This document shows, piece after piece, positions 38,845 to 48,550 of a stretch of 64,000 nt of DNA. The stretch spans positions 1 to 64,000 of the forward strand of contig JBKBRF010000037.1 of assembly GCA_046292385.1 (NCBI GenBank), in the 5' to 3' direction. Below the pieces are notes generated by a model that worked only from the letters and a program-made list of their open reading frames with translations, was not told the origin of the DNA and made no database searches. The translations under genes were made by a program, and so were the position numbers. This DNA comes from Armatimonadota bacterium (GTDB lineage Bacteria > Armatimonadota > SYMT01). The number at the start of each line of letters is the position of its first letter. The stretch's first letter is position 1.

Positions 38845-39357
38845 ATGCTGGTTAATTGTACCACTGAACGGCGACCGAGTGAATTGGTTGCGGTCGCCCG
38901 CCAAGAAGATGCCGCACCTGCGGCAAGTGTGCAAGGGGTCGCTTCTTCGGTTACCACCTTCACCTTGCCCGTGGAGTTCCTCGGCTCTCGCGGCCAGGTG
39001 CTCCACGAATTGCGGGAGACCGAGGACGGCGGTGGTCTCTTCAATGTTTACGACCAAGCCGGCATGTGCCGCGTGACGGTCCGGGCGGATGAACGTGGCG
39101 CCGTTGTGACACTCCTGGGTGAGTCCGGCCACGAGCTGATCATTCTTGAACAGTGTGGGAAGGACACCCAGATCGGCATCTACGCACCGGGCGCCGCGAA
39201 CGACGAGTTCGACACGGTGCCCCGAGTCAGCCTCTACGGCTGCAACGAGCTTCCGGGCTCTATGGAGATCGCGGCCACCGAGACTCGGTTCACCCGGGTC
39301 AGCCTTACGGAAGACGGCGATCTCGTCCACCACGCGAGTCGAGGAGGTGCGAAGTGA
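38845..39357 (+). CDS. Hypothetical phage protein
   Basis: AAGGAG RBS, ATG 38845; coupled to next gene. Confidence 0.65.
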   Translation: MLVNCTTERRPSELVAVARQEDAAPAASVQGVASSVTTFTLPVEFLGSRGQVLHELRETEDGGGLFNVYDQAGMCRVTVRADERGAVVTLLGESGHELIILEQCGKDTQIGIYAPGAANDEFDTVPRVSLYGCNELPGSMEIAATETRFTRVSLTEDGDLVHHASRGGAK

Positions 39358-40085
39358 GCACCATCCTCTGCCGCCACTCGCCGAGTGCGCCCGTCGCTCC
39401 CGGCGCCGGCCGTCGTTCCGTCCAGCCCACCCCGACAGCGACGGAACGACCCGTCCGCTGCGGCCGGCTCCGGCTCTCTGATGTGAAGCCGGAGAAAGGC
39501 CCGCAGGGCGAATGGGCCCACCGGTCCCTCTCGCTCGTTCTCGCGGAGATCCTCTGGCATTGGGGGAAGGCGGGGTTGCCGGACCGCGATGCCGATGAGT
39601 GGTGCCCGGAACCTCTACAGCGGGAGCTTGTCCAGGGCATCAACCTGCTACTGTTCTCCGCGCAACAGCGCTGCCTGGACTACCGGACGGACATCACCAA
39701 AGATACGGGGCTGTCCGCGTCAGGTCCGGCGGGCATCGAGCACGCACGCTACCTGGCGGAGTGGATGCAGGAAGAGCATCCGCGCGCAGAAGGCCCTCAC
39801 AGCTGGAACCTCTTCGGGCTCGAAGACGGAGAGAGGGATTACGGCGACCGCACGGCGGCCCTCGCCGGGCCTCGGCGGTGCGCGACCGAAGCCGATGAGG
39901 TGCGCGCGATTGTCGAGCTGTTCGCCTGCTGGGTGATGGCGGTTCCCGGACTGCTGGGGCCACCACTTCGCATCTTGCCAGGCCGGAACGCTGAGCAACT
40001 TCGCGTCGAGTACCAGCGGATGGAAGATGACGTGCTGCGCCTGGTGCTGCCCGCCTGGGTGGATGGGTTCATCCAGGGAGTCTAA
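39354..40085 (+). CDS. Hypothetical phage protein
   Basis: GAGGAGG RBS, GTGA overlap. Confidence 0.6.
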   Translation: MSTILCRHSPSAPVAPGAGRRSVQPTPTATERPVRCGRLRLSDVKPEKGPQGEWAHRSLSLVLAEILWHWGKAGLPDRDADEWCPEPLQRELVQGINLLLFSAQQRCLDYRTDITKDTGLSASGPAGIEHARYLAEWMQEEHPRAEGPHSWNLFGLEDGERDYGDRTAALAGPRRCATEADEVRAIVELFACWVMAVPGLLGPPLRILPGRNAEQLRVEYQRMEDDVLRLVLPAWVDGFIQGV

Positions 40086-40152
40086 CGGAACACACCCGGA
40101 GCCTCTGCCTTCCTGGCGGGGGCTCCGGTTCTTGCTTGTAGGGGAGGTGAAG

Positions 40153-40389
40153 ATGTCAACGAAAGGGGCGGTCCGGCGGGCACGCGCGGCGGCGCTGCTC
40201 GACACGCTCCGGCGCCGGCCGGAGCGGATGCTCCGGCTCGATCATCAGGGGTGGCTGATCGCCCGCGACGCGGGTTTCAGCCGCGCGGACCTGGAGCGGG
40301 CGGCGGATGACCTGGCCGAGGGAGGCCGTGTGGAGATCGTGGGGTACTGCGGCTCCGTGGAGATCCGGCTGAAGGGGGAGGCTGCCTGA
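40153..40389 (+). CDS. Small hypothetical phage protein
   Basis: GGAGGT RBS; ends just before the primase ATG. Confidence 0.65.
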   Translation: MSTKGAVRRARAAALLDTLRRRPERMLRLDHQGWLIARDAGFSRADLERAADDLAEGGRVEIVGYCGSVEIRLKGEAA

Positions 40390-40390
40390 C

Positions 40391-42379
40391 ATGCAGGTGC
40401 TGACGGTGAACCCGGAGCAGATCCCCGCGATCCTGCGTAGCGCCCCGCAGTGGGTGGTGTGGAAAGCAGAGATCACTCCCACCAGCAACGGAAAGGCGAC
40501 CAAGGTCCCGTACGACCCGCGCACCGGAAAGCCTGCGAAGAGCAACGATCCGGCGACGTGGCAGAAGTACGAACACGCACTCTCGGCCTACCGGAAGGGC
40601 GGTTATGCGGGTGTCGGCTTCATGTTCAGCGCCCCCGACCCGTTCGCCGGCATCGACTTCGATAAGTGCATCAACCAGGAGACCGGCGAGATCGCGGAGT
40701 GGGCGCGCGAGTTCCTGGATGAGCTGGACAGCTACAGCGAGATCTCCCCTTCCGGCACCGGCATCAAGGTCATCGTGCGCGGTCGGCTACCGCGGCACGG
40801 GAAGGGCGAGTGCCACCACAAGCAGACCGGTTTCGGCGACGATCGGGCCGGGGCCGTCGAGATGTACGACGAGCTGCGGTTCTTCACGCTCACCGGGCGA
40901 CGCCTGGACGACTACCCTCCCACCCCTGAAGAGCGCGCCGACGCGCTGACGTCAGTCTACCGCCGGGTGTTCCGGGAGAAGCTGGAGAAGGCGCAGCGAC
41001 CCGCAGCCCGGCCGGCTTCATCATCCGACACCACCGGGCTACTCTCCGACGCCGAGATCCTGCGGCTGGCGATGAAGTCAGACAAGATCGGTGATGCTTT
41101 CTCCCGTCTGTGGGCCGGCGACCCCAGCGGCTATAACGGCGACGACAGCTCCGCGGACTGCGCCCTGTGCTCCTACCTCGCCTTCTTCACCGGTCCAGAT
41201 CCGGCCCGCATTGACGAGCTGTTCCGCCGGTCCGGGCTCTACCGCGAGAAGTGGGAGCGCGAGGGCTACCGGGACCGCACCATCCGGAAGGCGCTCCAGG
41301 GCAAGACCGAGTTCTACTCGGCGGGCCGTTGGCTGAACCTCGGCGGGAGTAACGGGAAGGCGCAGCCGAACGGACAGCACGCGCCCGCGGCGCCGCTGGT
41401 GCTCTCCCAGGATGCCGAGCCGCCCCTTCGCCGCTTCGATGCGCTCAAGAAGAACCGGAAGTTCAAACAGACCGTCGAGCGCGCCCGATCCGACTTCAAG
41501 GACCCGTCGCTAGAGACCTATGACCTTTCGGCCGCTTCTCTCGCGGCGCGAGCCGGCTGGGCTGATCAGGAGATCGCGAACCTGCTGATCTACTGCCGCT
41601 CTGAGAACGGCGAAGACCTGAAGAGCGTGCTCGACCCGGAGTACGTCGCGGGGGTGATCCAGAAGGCGCGCCAGGGATCCGAGGAGCAGCAGGCGGCACC
41701 ACACCGCCAAGCGGCGCAGCTCCTCGCCGAAAAGCAGAAGACAGCCGGCGAGGACGGGCCGGACCCGGAAGCGGTCCGGGCGTTGATCCTCGAAGCGCTC
41801 GGCATCCAGGTTGAGAAGGTCGTCAAGTACCTGGGCGAGCCGCCGCAATTCGAGCTCGTCACCCCCGCCGGCAACGTGATGCTGGGAGACGCCGCCGGGA
41901 TCCTCAGCCAGGCGCGCTTCCGGACCGCAGTCGCGAACACCTTCAGTCGCTGCCTACCGTCGTTCAAGGCCGAGGAATGGACGCCGATCGCGCAAGCGCT
42001 GATGGACCTGCGGGAGGAGCAGGACCCCGGGCCGGAAGCGACGGGGAACGGCCAATTGTCGCGCTGGCTGGAGACCTATCTCAACAGTGAGCGGCCAACC
42101 CCGTTCGATGACGTGGCAGTGTCCGAGGAACAGCCGGTGCTGAAGGGCGGCTGCATCTACCTCTACCTCGGGGCTTTCCACGATCACCTGAGTCGCCGGC
42201 ACTCTGAGCGCATCGCGTCGCACATGCTCGCGCAGCGCCTCAAGCGCTTCGGCGCCGAGCGCGAGCAGTTGAATTACCGGAAGGGGCAGGACGGCCCCCG
42301 CAGCACCAAGAGCTACTGGCGGTTGCCCGCAGAGTATGGCGCCGTACTGGAAAACGCCGCTTCAGAAAACAACTCGTGA
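40391..42379 (+). CDS. AEP primase-polymerase (NrS-1-like) with helix-bundle domains, no helicase domain
   Basis: QWVVWK..KVPY..SNDPATW, GIDFDKC, YSEISPSGTG, EMYD..RFFTLTG, SSADCAL..FRRSGLYREKW. Confidence 0.88.
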   Translation: MQVLTVNPEQIPAILRSAPQWVVWKAEITPTSNGKATKVPYDPRTGKPAKSNDPATWQKYEHALSAYRKGGYAGVGFMFSAPDPFAGIDFDKCINQETGEIAEWAREFLDELDSYSEISPSGTGIKVIVRGRLPRHGKGECHHKQTGFGDDRAGAVEMYDELRFFTLTGRRLDDYPPTPEERADALTSVYRRVFREKLEKAQRPAARPASSSDTTGLLSDAEILRLAMKSDKIGDAFSRLWAGDPSGYNGDDSSADCALCSYLAFFTGPDPARIDELFRRSGLYREKWEREGYRDRTIRKALQGKTEFYSAGRWLNLGGSNGKAQPNGQHAPAAPLVLSQDAEPPLRRFDALKKNRKFKQTVERARSDFKDPSLETYDLSAASLAARAGWADQEIANLLIYCRSENGEDLKSVLDPEYVAGVIQKARQGSEEQQAAPHRQAAQLLAEKQKTAGEDGPDPEAVRALILEALGIQVEKVVKYLGEPPQFELVTPAGNVMLGDAAGILSQARFRTAVANTFSRCLPSFKAEEWTPIAQALMDLREEQDPGPEATGNGQLSRWLETYLNSERPTPFDDVAVSEEQPVLKGGCIYLYLGAFHDHLSRRHSERIASHMLAQRLKRFGAEREQLNYRKGQDGPRSTKSYWRLPAEYGAVLENAASENNS

Positions 42380-42382
42380 CGA

Positions 42383-42492
42383 GGCATTTCCGGGCAAATC
42401 GGCAATTCGGCAATTCACTTTCGATCTTCAAGGCGAGATAGCGGGAAACCGTACGACTTCCCCGCAATTCACTCGGCCATTCAGGGCAATTC
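42383..42492 (+). repeat. Seven GGCAATTC-like octamers, candidate origin iterons
   Basis: Copies at 42383, 42393, 42401, 42409, 42463, 42475, 42485. Confidence 0.6.
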
Positions 42493-42503
42493 TTCGAACC
42501 GCT

Positions 42504-44189
42504 ATGGCTCACGAGCTTCGCTTCATCGGCCCGCCAGGGTGCGGCAAGACGACCCGGATGACGCAGTGCGTCCGACAAGCGGCGGACCGCTACGGCCCGG
42601 AGAACGTGCTGATCTGCAGCCTCACGAAGGCGGCGGGATCGCAGGCGGCGCTGGCGCTGCACGAGCAGGGCGTGCCGGTCCCGGACAGGAACGTCGGGAC
42701 GCTGCACAGCTTCGCCTACCGGTCGCTGCAGCTCGGGCAAGACCAGATCGCCGATACTCCGAAGCGCCTGAAGGAGTGGAACGCCTTCGTGGAGGCGGAG
42801 CGGCGCTCCTACTTCCGGATCTCCAGCGCGACCGCGGACCTAGACGAAGGCGCGGCAGAGAACTCCTGGGGCGGTGAGACTCTCGGCGACCGCTGCTTCG
42901 GGCAGTACCAGATCAGCCGCGCTAGGTGCCTGCCAGTGGAGACGCTGGACGAGACGGGCCAGGCGTTCGTCGCGCTGTGGGAGCAGTTCAAATCCGACTG
43001 CGGCCTGTATGACTTCACCGACCTGCTCGGCATCGCGCTCCGGGACACCCTCGCGGCACCGGAGAACCCGCGCGTCCTCTTCGTGGATGAGGCGCAGGAT
43101 ACCTCGATGCTGGGGATGCGGCTCCTGCGGAGTTGGGCCGAGGAAGCAGCCTATCTCCTGATCTTCGGGGACCCGCTCCAGAACCTGTTCGCCTGGGCCG
43201 GGACCGACTCGAAGGCGTTCACCACCCCCGACGTGCCGGACTCGCATAAGCATGTGCTCTCGCAGAGCTACCGGGTGCCGCGGGCGGTTCACGCCCAGGC
43301 GCTCCGGTGGATCGAGCCGCTGAAGCGGGAGCTGGAAGCCGAACTGGGAAAGGCGATCGAGTACTTCCCTCGCCCGGAGGAAGGCGAGCTGCGGCGGCTG
43401 GGGTCGGCGCACTTCAAGTATCCGGAGCCGGCCGTAAACGACGCGGAGCGCTACCTCGCCGCCGGGAAGACGGTGATGTTCCAAGCGGCTTGTGCCCATA
43501 TGCTGGAGCCGCTCCTGATGGTGCTCCGGAAGCGCGGCATCCCGTTTCATAACCCGTGGCGCACCAAGCGCTCCGACTGGAACCCGCTCGGGGCTCGACG
43601 TGGGAAAGGGCCGAAGGCGCGGCTGCTCTCGTTCCTCCGCCTCTGCGCCGAGGTCTACGGCTCGGACGCCGCGGTGTGGACGCCGGCCGATCTCTGGAAC
43701 TGGCTCGAGGTCTGCGAGGCTTCCGGTCTGCTCCTCCGTGGCGCCAAGAAGGCCGTTCAGGAAATCGCCGCCGTGGAAGGGGCGCGCGAGCCGCTTACCG
43801 CTTCCCGGCTCCTGCTGTGGTTCGAGGCGGACGCGCTGACGGAAGCGCTCGAAGCCTCCGAAGCCGCGAACTTGGAGTGGCTGCTCAAGCGAGCCCTGCC
43901 GGCGAAGAAGCGCCCCCTGGAGTTCCCGGCGGCGATCTGTAAGAAGCTCGGCCCCGCCGCCCTGCTGGAGACGCCGCGGGTGATCGTGGGGACGATCCAT
44001 AGCCTCAAGGGGAGCCAGGCGGACGTCACCTACGTGTTCCCCGATCTCTCCCGCGCCGGGATGGACGAGTGGTGTCGAGGCGGCGCGGCTCGAGCCGGCA
44101 TCGTGCGGATGTTCTACGTCGCGATGACCCGCCCGGAGGAGTCGCTCGTGCTGTGTGGACAAGCCAGCCCGTTCGCGGTGGCGCTGTAG
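42504..44189 (+). CDS. UvrD/Rep-type SF1 helicase
   Basis: GPPGCGKTT, FVDEAQD, GDPLQNLFAWAG, QSYR, TIHSLKG, FYVAMTR. Confidence 0.92.
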   Translation: MAHELRFIGPPGCGKTTRMTQCVRQAADRYGPENVLICSLTKAAGSQAALALHEQGVPVPDRNVGTLHSFAYRSLQLGQDQIADTPKRLKEWNAFVEAERRSYFRISSATADLDEGAAENSWGGETLGDRCFGQYQISRARCLPVETLDETGQAFVALWEQFKSDCGLYDFTDLLGIALRDTLAAPENPRVLFVDEAQDTSMLGMRLLRSWAEEAAYLLIFGDPLQNLFAWAGTDSKAFTTPDVPDSHKHVLSQSYRVPRAVHAQALRWIEPLKRELEAELGKAIEYFPRPEEGELRRLGSAHFKYPEPAVNDAERYLAAGKTVMFQAACAHMLEPLLMVLRKRGIPFHNPWRTKRSDWNPLGARRGKGPKARLLSFLRLCAEVYGSDAAVWTPADLWNWLEVCEASGLLLRGAKKAVQEIAAVEGAREPLTASRLLLWFEADALTEALEASEAANLEWLLKRALPAKKRPLEFPAAICKKLGPAALLETPRVIVGTIHSLKGSQADVTYVFPDLSRAGMDEWCRGGAARAGIVRMFYVAMTRPEESLVLCGQASPFAVAL

Positions 44190-44197
44190 GAGACGAG

Positions 44198-44410
44198 ATG
44201 AAGACGACGGAGACGACCGAACGAAGGCAGCACCTTCTCGACGCGGCCCGGCGCCAGGGCTACCCGCAGGTGGCGTTGAGTGATGGGTTCACGATCGAGG
44301 CCAGCGCAGAGCAGTGGCGCACCTTCTGCGAGACCGCCGCGGACGAGGCGATAGCGACGGCCGTGAAGGCATTGCAGCGGGTCATTCTGCGCCGACTGCG
44401 ACCGATCTGA
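44198..44410 (+). CDS. Small hypothetical phage protein
   Basis: AGGAG RBS, ATG 44198. Confidence 0.6.
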   Translation: MKTTETTERRQHLLDAARRQGYPQVALSDGFTIEASAEQWRTFCETAADEAIATAVKALQRVILRRLRPI

Positions 44411-44536
44411 CCAGGCACGGCCTATGCAACACATGGACGCAAAAGCCGAGCCCCCAGGGAGACGATGGGCCGGTAGGTTTTGGTTGGTATCCGGAGCCGT
44501 CTCACGCGCGAGGCGACCGGCTCCGGCAGGGAACCG

Positions 44537-45259
44537 ATGGGACTAGGAGAAGACCCCGTGATCATCATCGAGAACGCGAACGGCCAGAAGGACCGGCTTA
44601 CGTCCTGGCATTGGGGGCGGGTGGTCCAGCTTGCCGAGGAAGGCGGGTGGACGACACCGCGGGCGATAGATGCGCCAGGGATCGGCAAGGATGACGCCGC
44701 GGCCCTGGAGACCGCCCTGCGCGCCGGCCTGGAAGAAGTAGACGCGGACCACGCCAGCCGGCGCTACTTCGAGCAGCTCTGCGCCTTCATCCGCGGGGAG
44801 CGCCTCTTCATCTACGACGAGGAAGACCTGGCCGAAGATGAGGACGCCGAGGGCATGGACGATCCTGCGATCCGAGAGACGCGGCACGTCTGCGAGCACT
44901 GCGGCGAAGCATTCCGCGGCCCGGTCTACGGGCTCTGCGCCTCTGACGTGTCCTGCCTCGTGTGCTGGGAGGAGTCGCTGGAGATAGAGCCGCGGGAGCT
45001 GCGGGAATGGGTGCTCCACGTCGATGACGCCACGCTGGAAGCCCGGCTGATCGGCATCCGCGCGAACCTCTCGCTCCAGGCCCGCCTCGCCGAGGTGCTG
45101 GCCGAGGAGAAGGGCCGGCGTAGGGCGCTCGTGGAGGTGCTGAAGGGCGTCAGCGTGACCGAGCAGCTTGCCCACCTGGAAGCCGAGGCAGCCGGCGAGG
45201 ACCCCTTCCCGGACGAGGAACTGGCAAATGCTAACGACCTCGTGAGGATTGCGGGATGA
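44537..45259 (+). CDS. Phage protein with CxxC..CxxC zinc motif
   Basis: CEHC..CLVC; coupled to next gene. Confidence 0.7.
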   Translation: MGLGEDPVIIIENANGQKDRLTSWHWGRVVQLAEEGGWTTPRAIDAPGIGKDDAAALETALRAGLEEVDADHASRRYFEQLCAFIRGERLFIYDEEDLAEDEDAEGMDDPAIRETRHVCEHCGEAFRGPVYGLCASDVSCLVCWEESLEIEPRELREWVLHVDDATLEARLIGIRANLSLQARLAEVLAEEKGRRRALVEVLKGVSVTEQLAHLEAEAAGEDPFPDEELANANDLVRIAG

Positions 45260-45552
45260 GCCAGACCGGCAAGTGCGTGGACTGCGGCGAGACCTTCCAG
45301 GAGACGGTCCGCTATCCCCGGCACCAGGACCCGGTGTGCCCCGACTGCTACGCCGGTGGCGCGGAGCAGGAGCGAGCCAGGCTGCGGGCGGAAGTCGCCA
45401 CGCTCGATGATGCCGAGATCGCGGCGCGCCTCGCCGGCTTCTGGGCCGAGATGGCTCTGGATGAAGACCTGGCGCTGATGCTGCAGCACGAGCGGGAGCG
45501 ACGGGTTATCGAGCGCGGTGAGTGGCCGCAGCGGAGAGGACGAACGGCATGA
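45256..45552 (+). CDS. Zinc-motif protein, paralog of the upstream gene's C-terminus
   Basis: CVDC..CPDC; ATGA overlap. Confidence 0.75.
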   Translation: MSQTGKCVDCGETFQETVRYPRHQDPVCPDCYAGGAEQERARLRAEVATLDDAEIAARLAGFWAEMALDEDLALMLQHERERRVIERGEWPQRRGRTA

Positions 45553-45764
45553 ACTTCGACGTGGTGGCGGGGTGGCTGGTGAAAGGCGCTGGCCTGGGCG
45601 TGCTCCTGGGCTGCGCGGCCTACGTCTGGACCTGGGCGGTGGAACAGGTGCTGCGCGCCCTCGGGGTCCACGCCGAGGTGATCCGGTGGGCCTGCTCGCG
45701 GCGGGAAGCGACCGGCGGGTGTATCGACGGGGTGGTTCACGAGAACCCTCTCCCGCCGGATTGA
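45549..45764 (+). CDS. Small membrane protein
   Basis: ATGA overlap; one TM segment. Confidence 0.6.
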   Translation: MNFDVVAGWLVKGAGLGVLLGCAAYVWTWAVEQVLRALGVHAEVIRWACSRREATGGCIDGVVHENPLPPD

Positions 45765-46005
45765 GCCTGACGCCGTGGTAGTGCGGAGCGACTACCTCCA
45801 GGCACGGACGGTAGCGCGGAGTGGTCGAGGCGAATGCTTGCTGACGGGATGCTTGCGGGGGTCGTCGACCATGCCGTTTCAGGCACGGACTGTATGAGGT
45901 CGCACAGGTATTTCGTGCCTGGAAGTGGTCGAGGGATTTGGGGGTGGTCGACCACTCCGCGCGAGGGATTTATTACCGCACGCGGGACGAAACCGGGAGG
46001 CTGGA

Positions 46006-46308
46006 ATGGGACACGAGGCTTCAGAGACGGGGATGGTGGCGGAGACGGACTTCGAGTGGCTGGCAGGAACGCTGAACCTCACGGGGAGCGTCCGCGACGT
46101 GCTGCGGTGCCGGATGGTCGAGGAGCTGGAGCCGAGCGAGACCGCGGAGCGGCTGGGGCTCACCAGGAACGAGGTAGACCGGCTGCTGGAGCAGGGACAG
46201 GCGGCGATCCTGGGGCACCCGTGGCCGCGGGATGAGGTCGCCGAGGTGTTCGCGGAAGAGGGCGATCGGCGGAAGGGCCGGCACGGAGGGCGAGCATGGC
46301 ACGTGTAG
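46006..46308 (+). CDS. Sigma-70 region 4-like HTH protein
   Basis: RDVLRCRMVEELEPSETAERLGLTRNEVDRLL. Confidence 0.65.
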   Translation: MGHEASETGMVAETDFEWLAGTLNLTGSVRDVLRCRMVEELEPSETAERLGLTRNEVDRLLEQGQAAILGHPWPRDEVAEVFAEEGDRRKGRHGGRAWHV

Positions 46309-46778
46309 ACGGTCCGGCCCTGGAGCTGGCCGGCGAGTGGATGCAGGAGCCGGACCCGGAGAAGGTGCTGCAGCACTTCAAGCGGGCGCTGGTGGAGAAC
46401 GTGCAGCTCCGGGAAGAGCTGGAGTTCCGGAAGCGGCTGGAAAGCGGGGAGTTCCGGCGGCAGCGGCAGGCGGTGCGGGAGCGCAGGGCAGCCGGGCCAC
46501 CACCCCGCGACGTGCCGCGGATCCTGGATGACCCCCGCGACCCGGAAGTGATCGAACGCCAACTGCGGGACCACGCGATCCGCCTCCACGACGCGGCGTG
46601 GAAGGTCTGGGAGTCACTGGGCCGGCCAGAGGTCGAGCGGATGCCGGACGCGGTAAAGGGGCTGATCGCGGAGAACCGCCGGCTGAACAACGCGCTCGAC
46701 GCGCTCCGCGGGACCCGGGCCGCACACACCCTCGGGACGGGGGAGGACTATGCCGTCCGGCATAGCGGCGGGCGGTGA
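46296..46778 (+). CDS. Hypothetical helical phage protein
   Basis: GGAGG RBS; overlaps neighbours. Confidence 0.6.
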   Translation: MARVDGPALELAGEWMQEPDPEKVLQHFKRALVENVQLREELEFRKRLESGEFRRQRQAVRERRAAGPPPRDVPRILDDPRDPEVIERQLRDHAIRLHDAAWKVWESLGRPEVERMPDAVKGLIAENRRLNNALDALRGTRAAHTLGTGEDYAVRHSGGR

Positions 46779-47077
46779 GGGCGCCACAGATGACAGGCTA
46801 CGACCTGCGGAACTGCCGGGAAGCGATGCGGGTACCGCTGACGCAGTTGGCGAACGAGACCCGGATCTCCCGCAATCGCCTGGGCAAGATCGAGAGCCTG
46901 CCCGAGGTGCCGGCAGGAGAGGCCGCCCGGATCCTGGATGCGCTCACCCGCATCCACGAGTTCCGGGCCGGGTGGCTGGAGCTGACGACGGAAGCAGTGC
47001 AGAAATTGCACCGCAGTAGGAAGAACCCCCACAGTTCGCCTATGATGATACAGGGAGACCGAGCAGGCGATGCTTGA
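46775..47077 (+). CDS. XRE-family HTH protein
   Basis: LRNCREAMRVPLTQLANETRISRNRLGKIE. Confidence 0.75.
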   Translation: MRAPQMTGYDLRNCREAMRVPLTQLANETRISRNRLGKIESLPEVPAGEAARILDALTRIHEFRAGWLELTTEAVQKLHRSRKNPHSSPMMIQGDRAGDA

Positions 47078-47600
47078 CCTAGCGAGTGAACAAGAGCGAG
47101 TGGAGCGGCAGCGGGAAGCGTGGGCGCGTGAGTTCGCCTACGTCTGCACCGCGGCGGGCCTCTCGGAGCTGCAGGTGATCTGCCTGCGCGGACTCGTGCA
47201 GGGGAAGAATGCCGAGCAGGTCGCGACGGAGCAGGGCTCCGGCCCGGCCCCGACCTACCCCGCGAAGCCCACTCGGAAGGCGCTGAAGGCTTACTGGCGG
47301 CAGGTCCATCGCCGGCTGCATCGGATCGTCCAGGGCACGGAGCAGGCGGTCGAGCGGGTCTTCCAGCGTTTCCCCGAGCAGTGCCAGGAGGCGAAGCACG
47401 CCCACCGCAGCGAGATCCTGCAGTGTGTCCGCAACCGCTTCCATGACTGGTCGCAGGAGCGGGTCTGCCGCGAGGAGATGGCGAGCGAGCGGGACCGCCT
47501 GCCGAAGGCGACGCTCGTAGGACCCGCGGAACTCCGCGGCCTGAACCGGACCGAGCAGGTCCGGGCTTTCGCGCGAGGGCTCACCCCCCTCTCCGTGTAG
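47070..47600 (+). CDS. Putative late regulator with HTH
   Basis: GLSELQVICLRGLVQGKNAEQVA; last early gene before lysis. Confidence 0.55.
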   Translation: MLDLASEQERVERQREAWAREFAYVCTAAGLSELQVICLRGLVQGKNAEQVATEQGSGPAPTYPAKPTRKALKAYWRQVHRRLHRIVQGTEQAVERVFQRFPEQCQEAKHAHRSEILQCVRNRFHDWSQERVCREEMASERDRLPKATLVGPAELRGLNRTEQVRAFARGLTPLSV

Positions 47601-47782
47601 TCTTTCCGAACGTAGCCGGGCGTTGCGAGCGCCAGCAGCGGGCAGACCGCTGTCTATTCCGGTGACCCTTCAGGGTGGTTTCTGCGTCTCCCTTACCCTT
47701 CTCGACGCTTTCAGGCTCCCGGCTCCGGCCGCGGAGCCTTCGTTGTTTTCTGGCCGGCGGCACGGCCTCAATCATGGGGCGG

Positions 47783-48064
47783 TCAGCACCACCGATCCAT
47801 TACAGACGGTGCGGGGTCGCGCACTGGAACTGGCCGGAGCCGAAAGCGTGCATCGCGCCGCGGACGGATCGGATAGTTCGGCTGTTCAGCCAGGACGGCT
47901 TCCCACGGCAAGGCGTTGGCAGCGTCCGCATGGCAGGAAGGGCAGTGCCACCAATCGGCGTCCCAATCGCGACTGGCGTTAACCCGTTGACAGCAGCCAC
48001 ACCAGGTGAAGAGACCGTGGACGCGGCTGCTGATGGGGTTCAAATACGAGGGTGTCAGGGCCAC
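47783..48064 (-). CDS. Small Cys-rich protein, paralog 1
   Basis: TWCGCC..WHCPSC..LPWEAV..PNYP; aligns with 49666-50076. Confidence 0.65.
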   Translation of the reverse strand: MALTPSYLNPISSRVHGLFTWCGCCQRVNASRDWDADWWHCPSCHADAANALPWEAVLAEQPNYPIRPRRDARFRLRPVPVRDPAPSVMDRWC

Positions 48065-48193
48065 TTTCGTGCGCGGATAACGATTACCGACATTGCTCCC
48101 GATTCTGCATCATCCGTTGCAGGATGAACATCCATCGTCCGAGCGAGCAAGCATTCAATCCTTTGGCCGATCGAGGCCGACGAAAGAGACGGC

Positions 48194-48550
48194 ATGACCC
48201 CCTTCCACTGGAAGCTCGTGGAGTTCTTCATCTACGGCGCCATCGGTGGCCTCATCGGCGCGATGACGAAGAGCCGTAGCCTGGAGCTACCCCGGATCGT
48301 GGTGAAGCGCCAGAAGGACGGCGAGGTCCGGAAGTTCATCGACATGGGCTTTCTGGCCGCGCCCTTCCTGGGCGGCGCGCTCGCTGCGTACTTCGACGGA
48401 CGCCCGGAGACCGCCATCGTTTACGGCGTCACCAGCGGCTACGCCGGCCCGAGCCTCTTGAACGCGCTCGGCGACACCCTTTTGAAGCGTGTGGGCTACC
48501 TCCTGGGCCCAGACGCGCTCCCCCACCCACAGGACGGAGTCAAGCGGTGA
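48194..48550 (+). CDS. Putative holin (DUF4257-like)
   Basis: Small multi-TM protein upstream of the amidase; GAIGGLIGA..LELPR..FIDMGFL. Confidence 0.65.
   Translation: MTPFHWKLVEFFIYGAIGGLIGAMTKSRSLELPRIVVKRQKDGEVRKFIDMGFLAAPFLGGALAAYFDGRPETAIVYGVTSGYAGPSLLNALGDTLLKRVGYLLGPDALPHPQDGVKR

Noticed and set aside
45737..45955. Third copy of the antisense Cys-rich family (HPQIPRPLPGTKY)
   Set aside because: No Cys/Trp motifs upstream in frame; similarity limited to a few prolines
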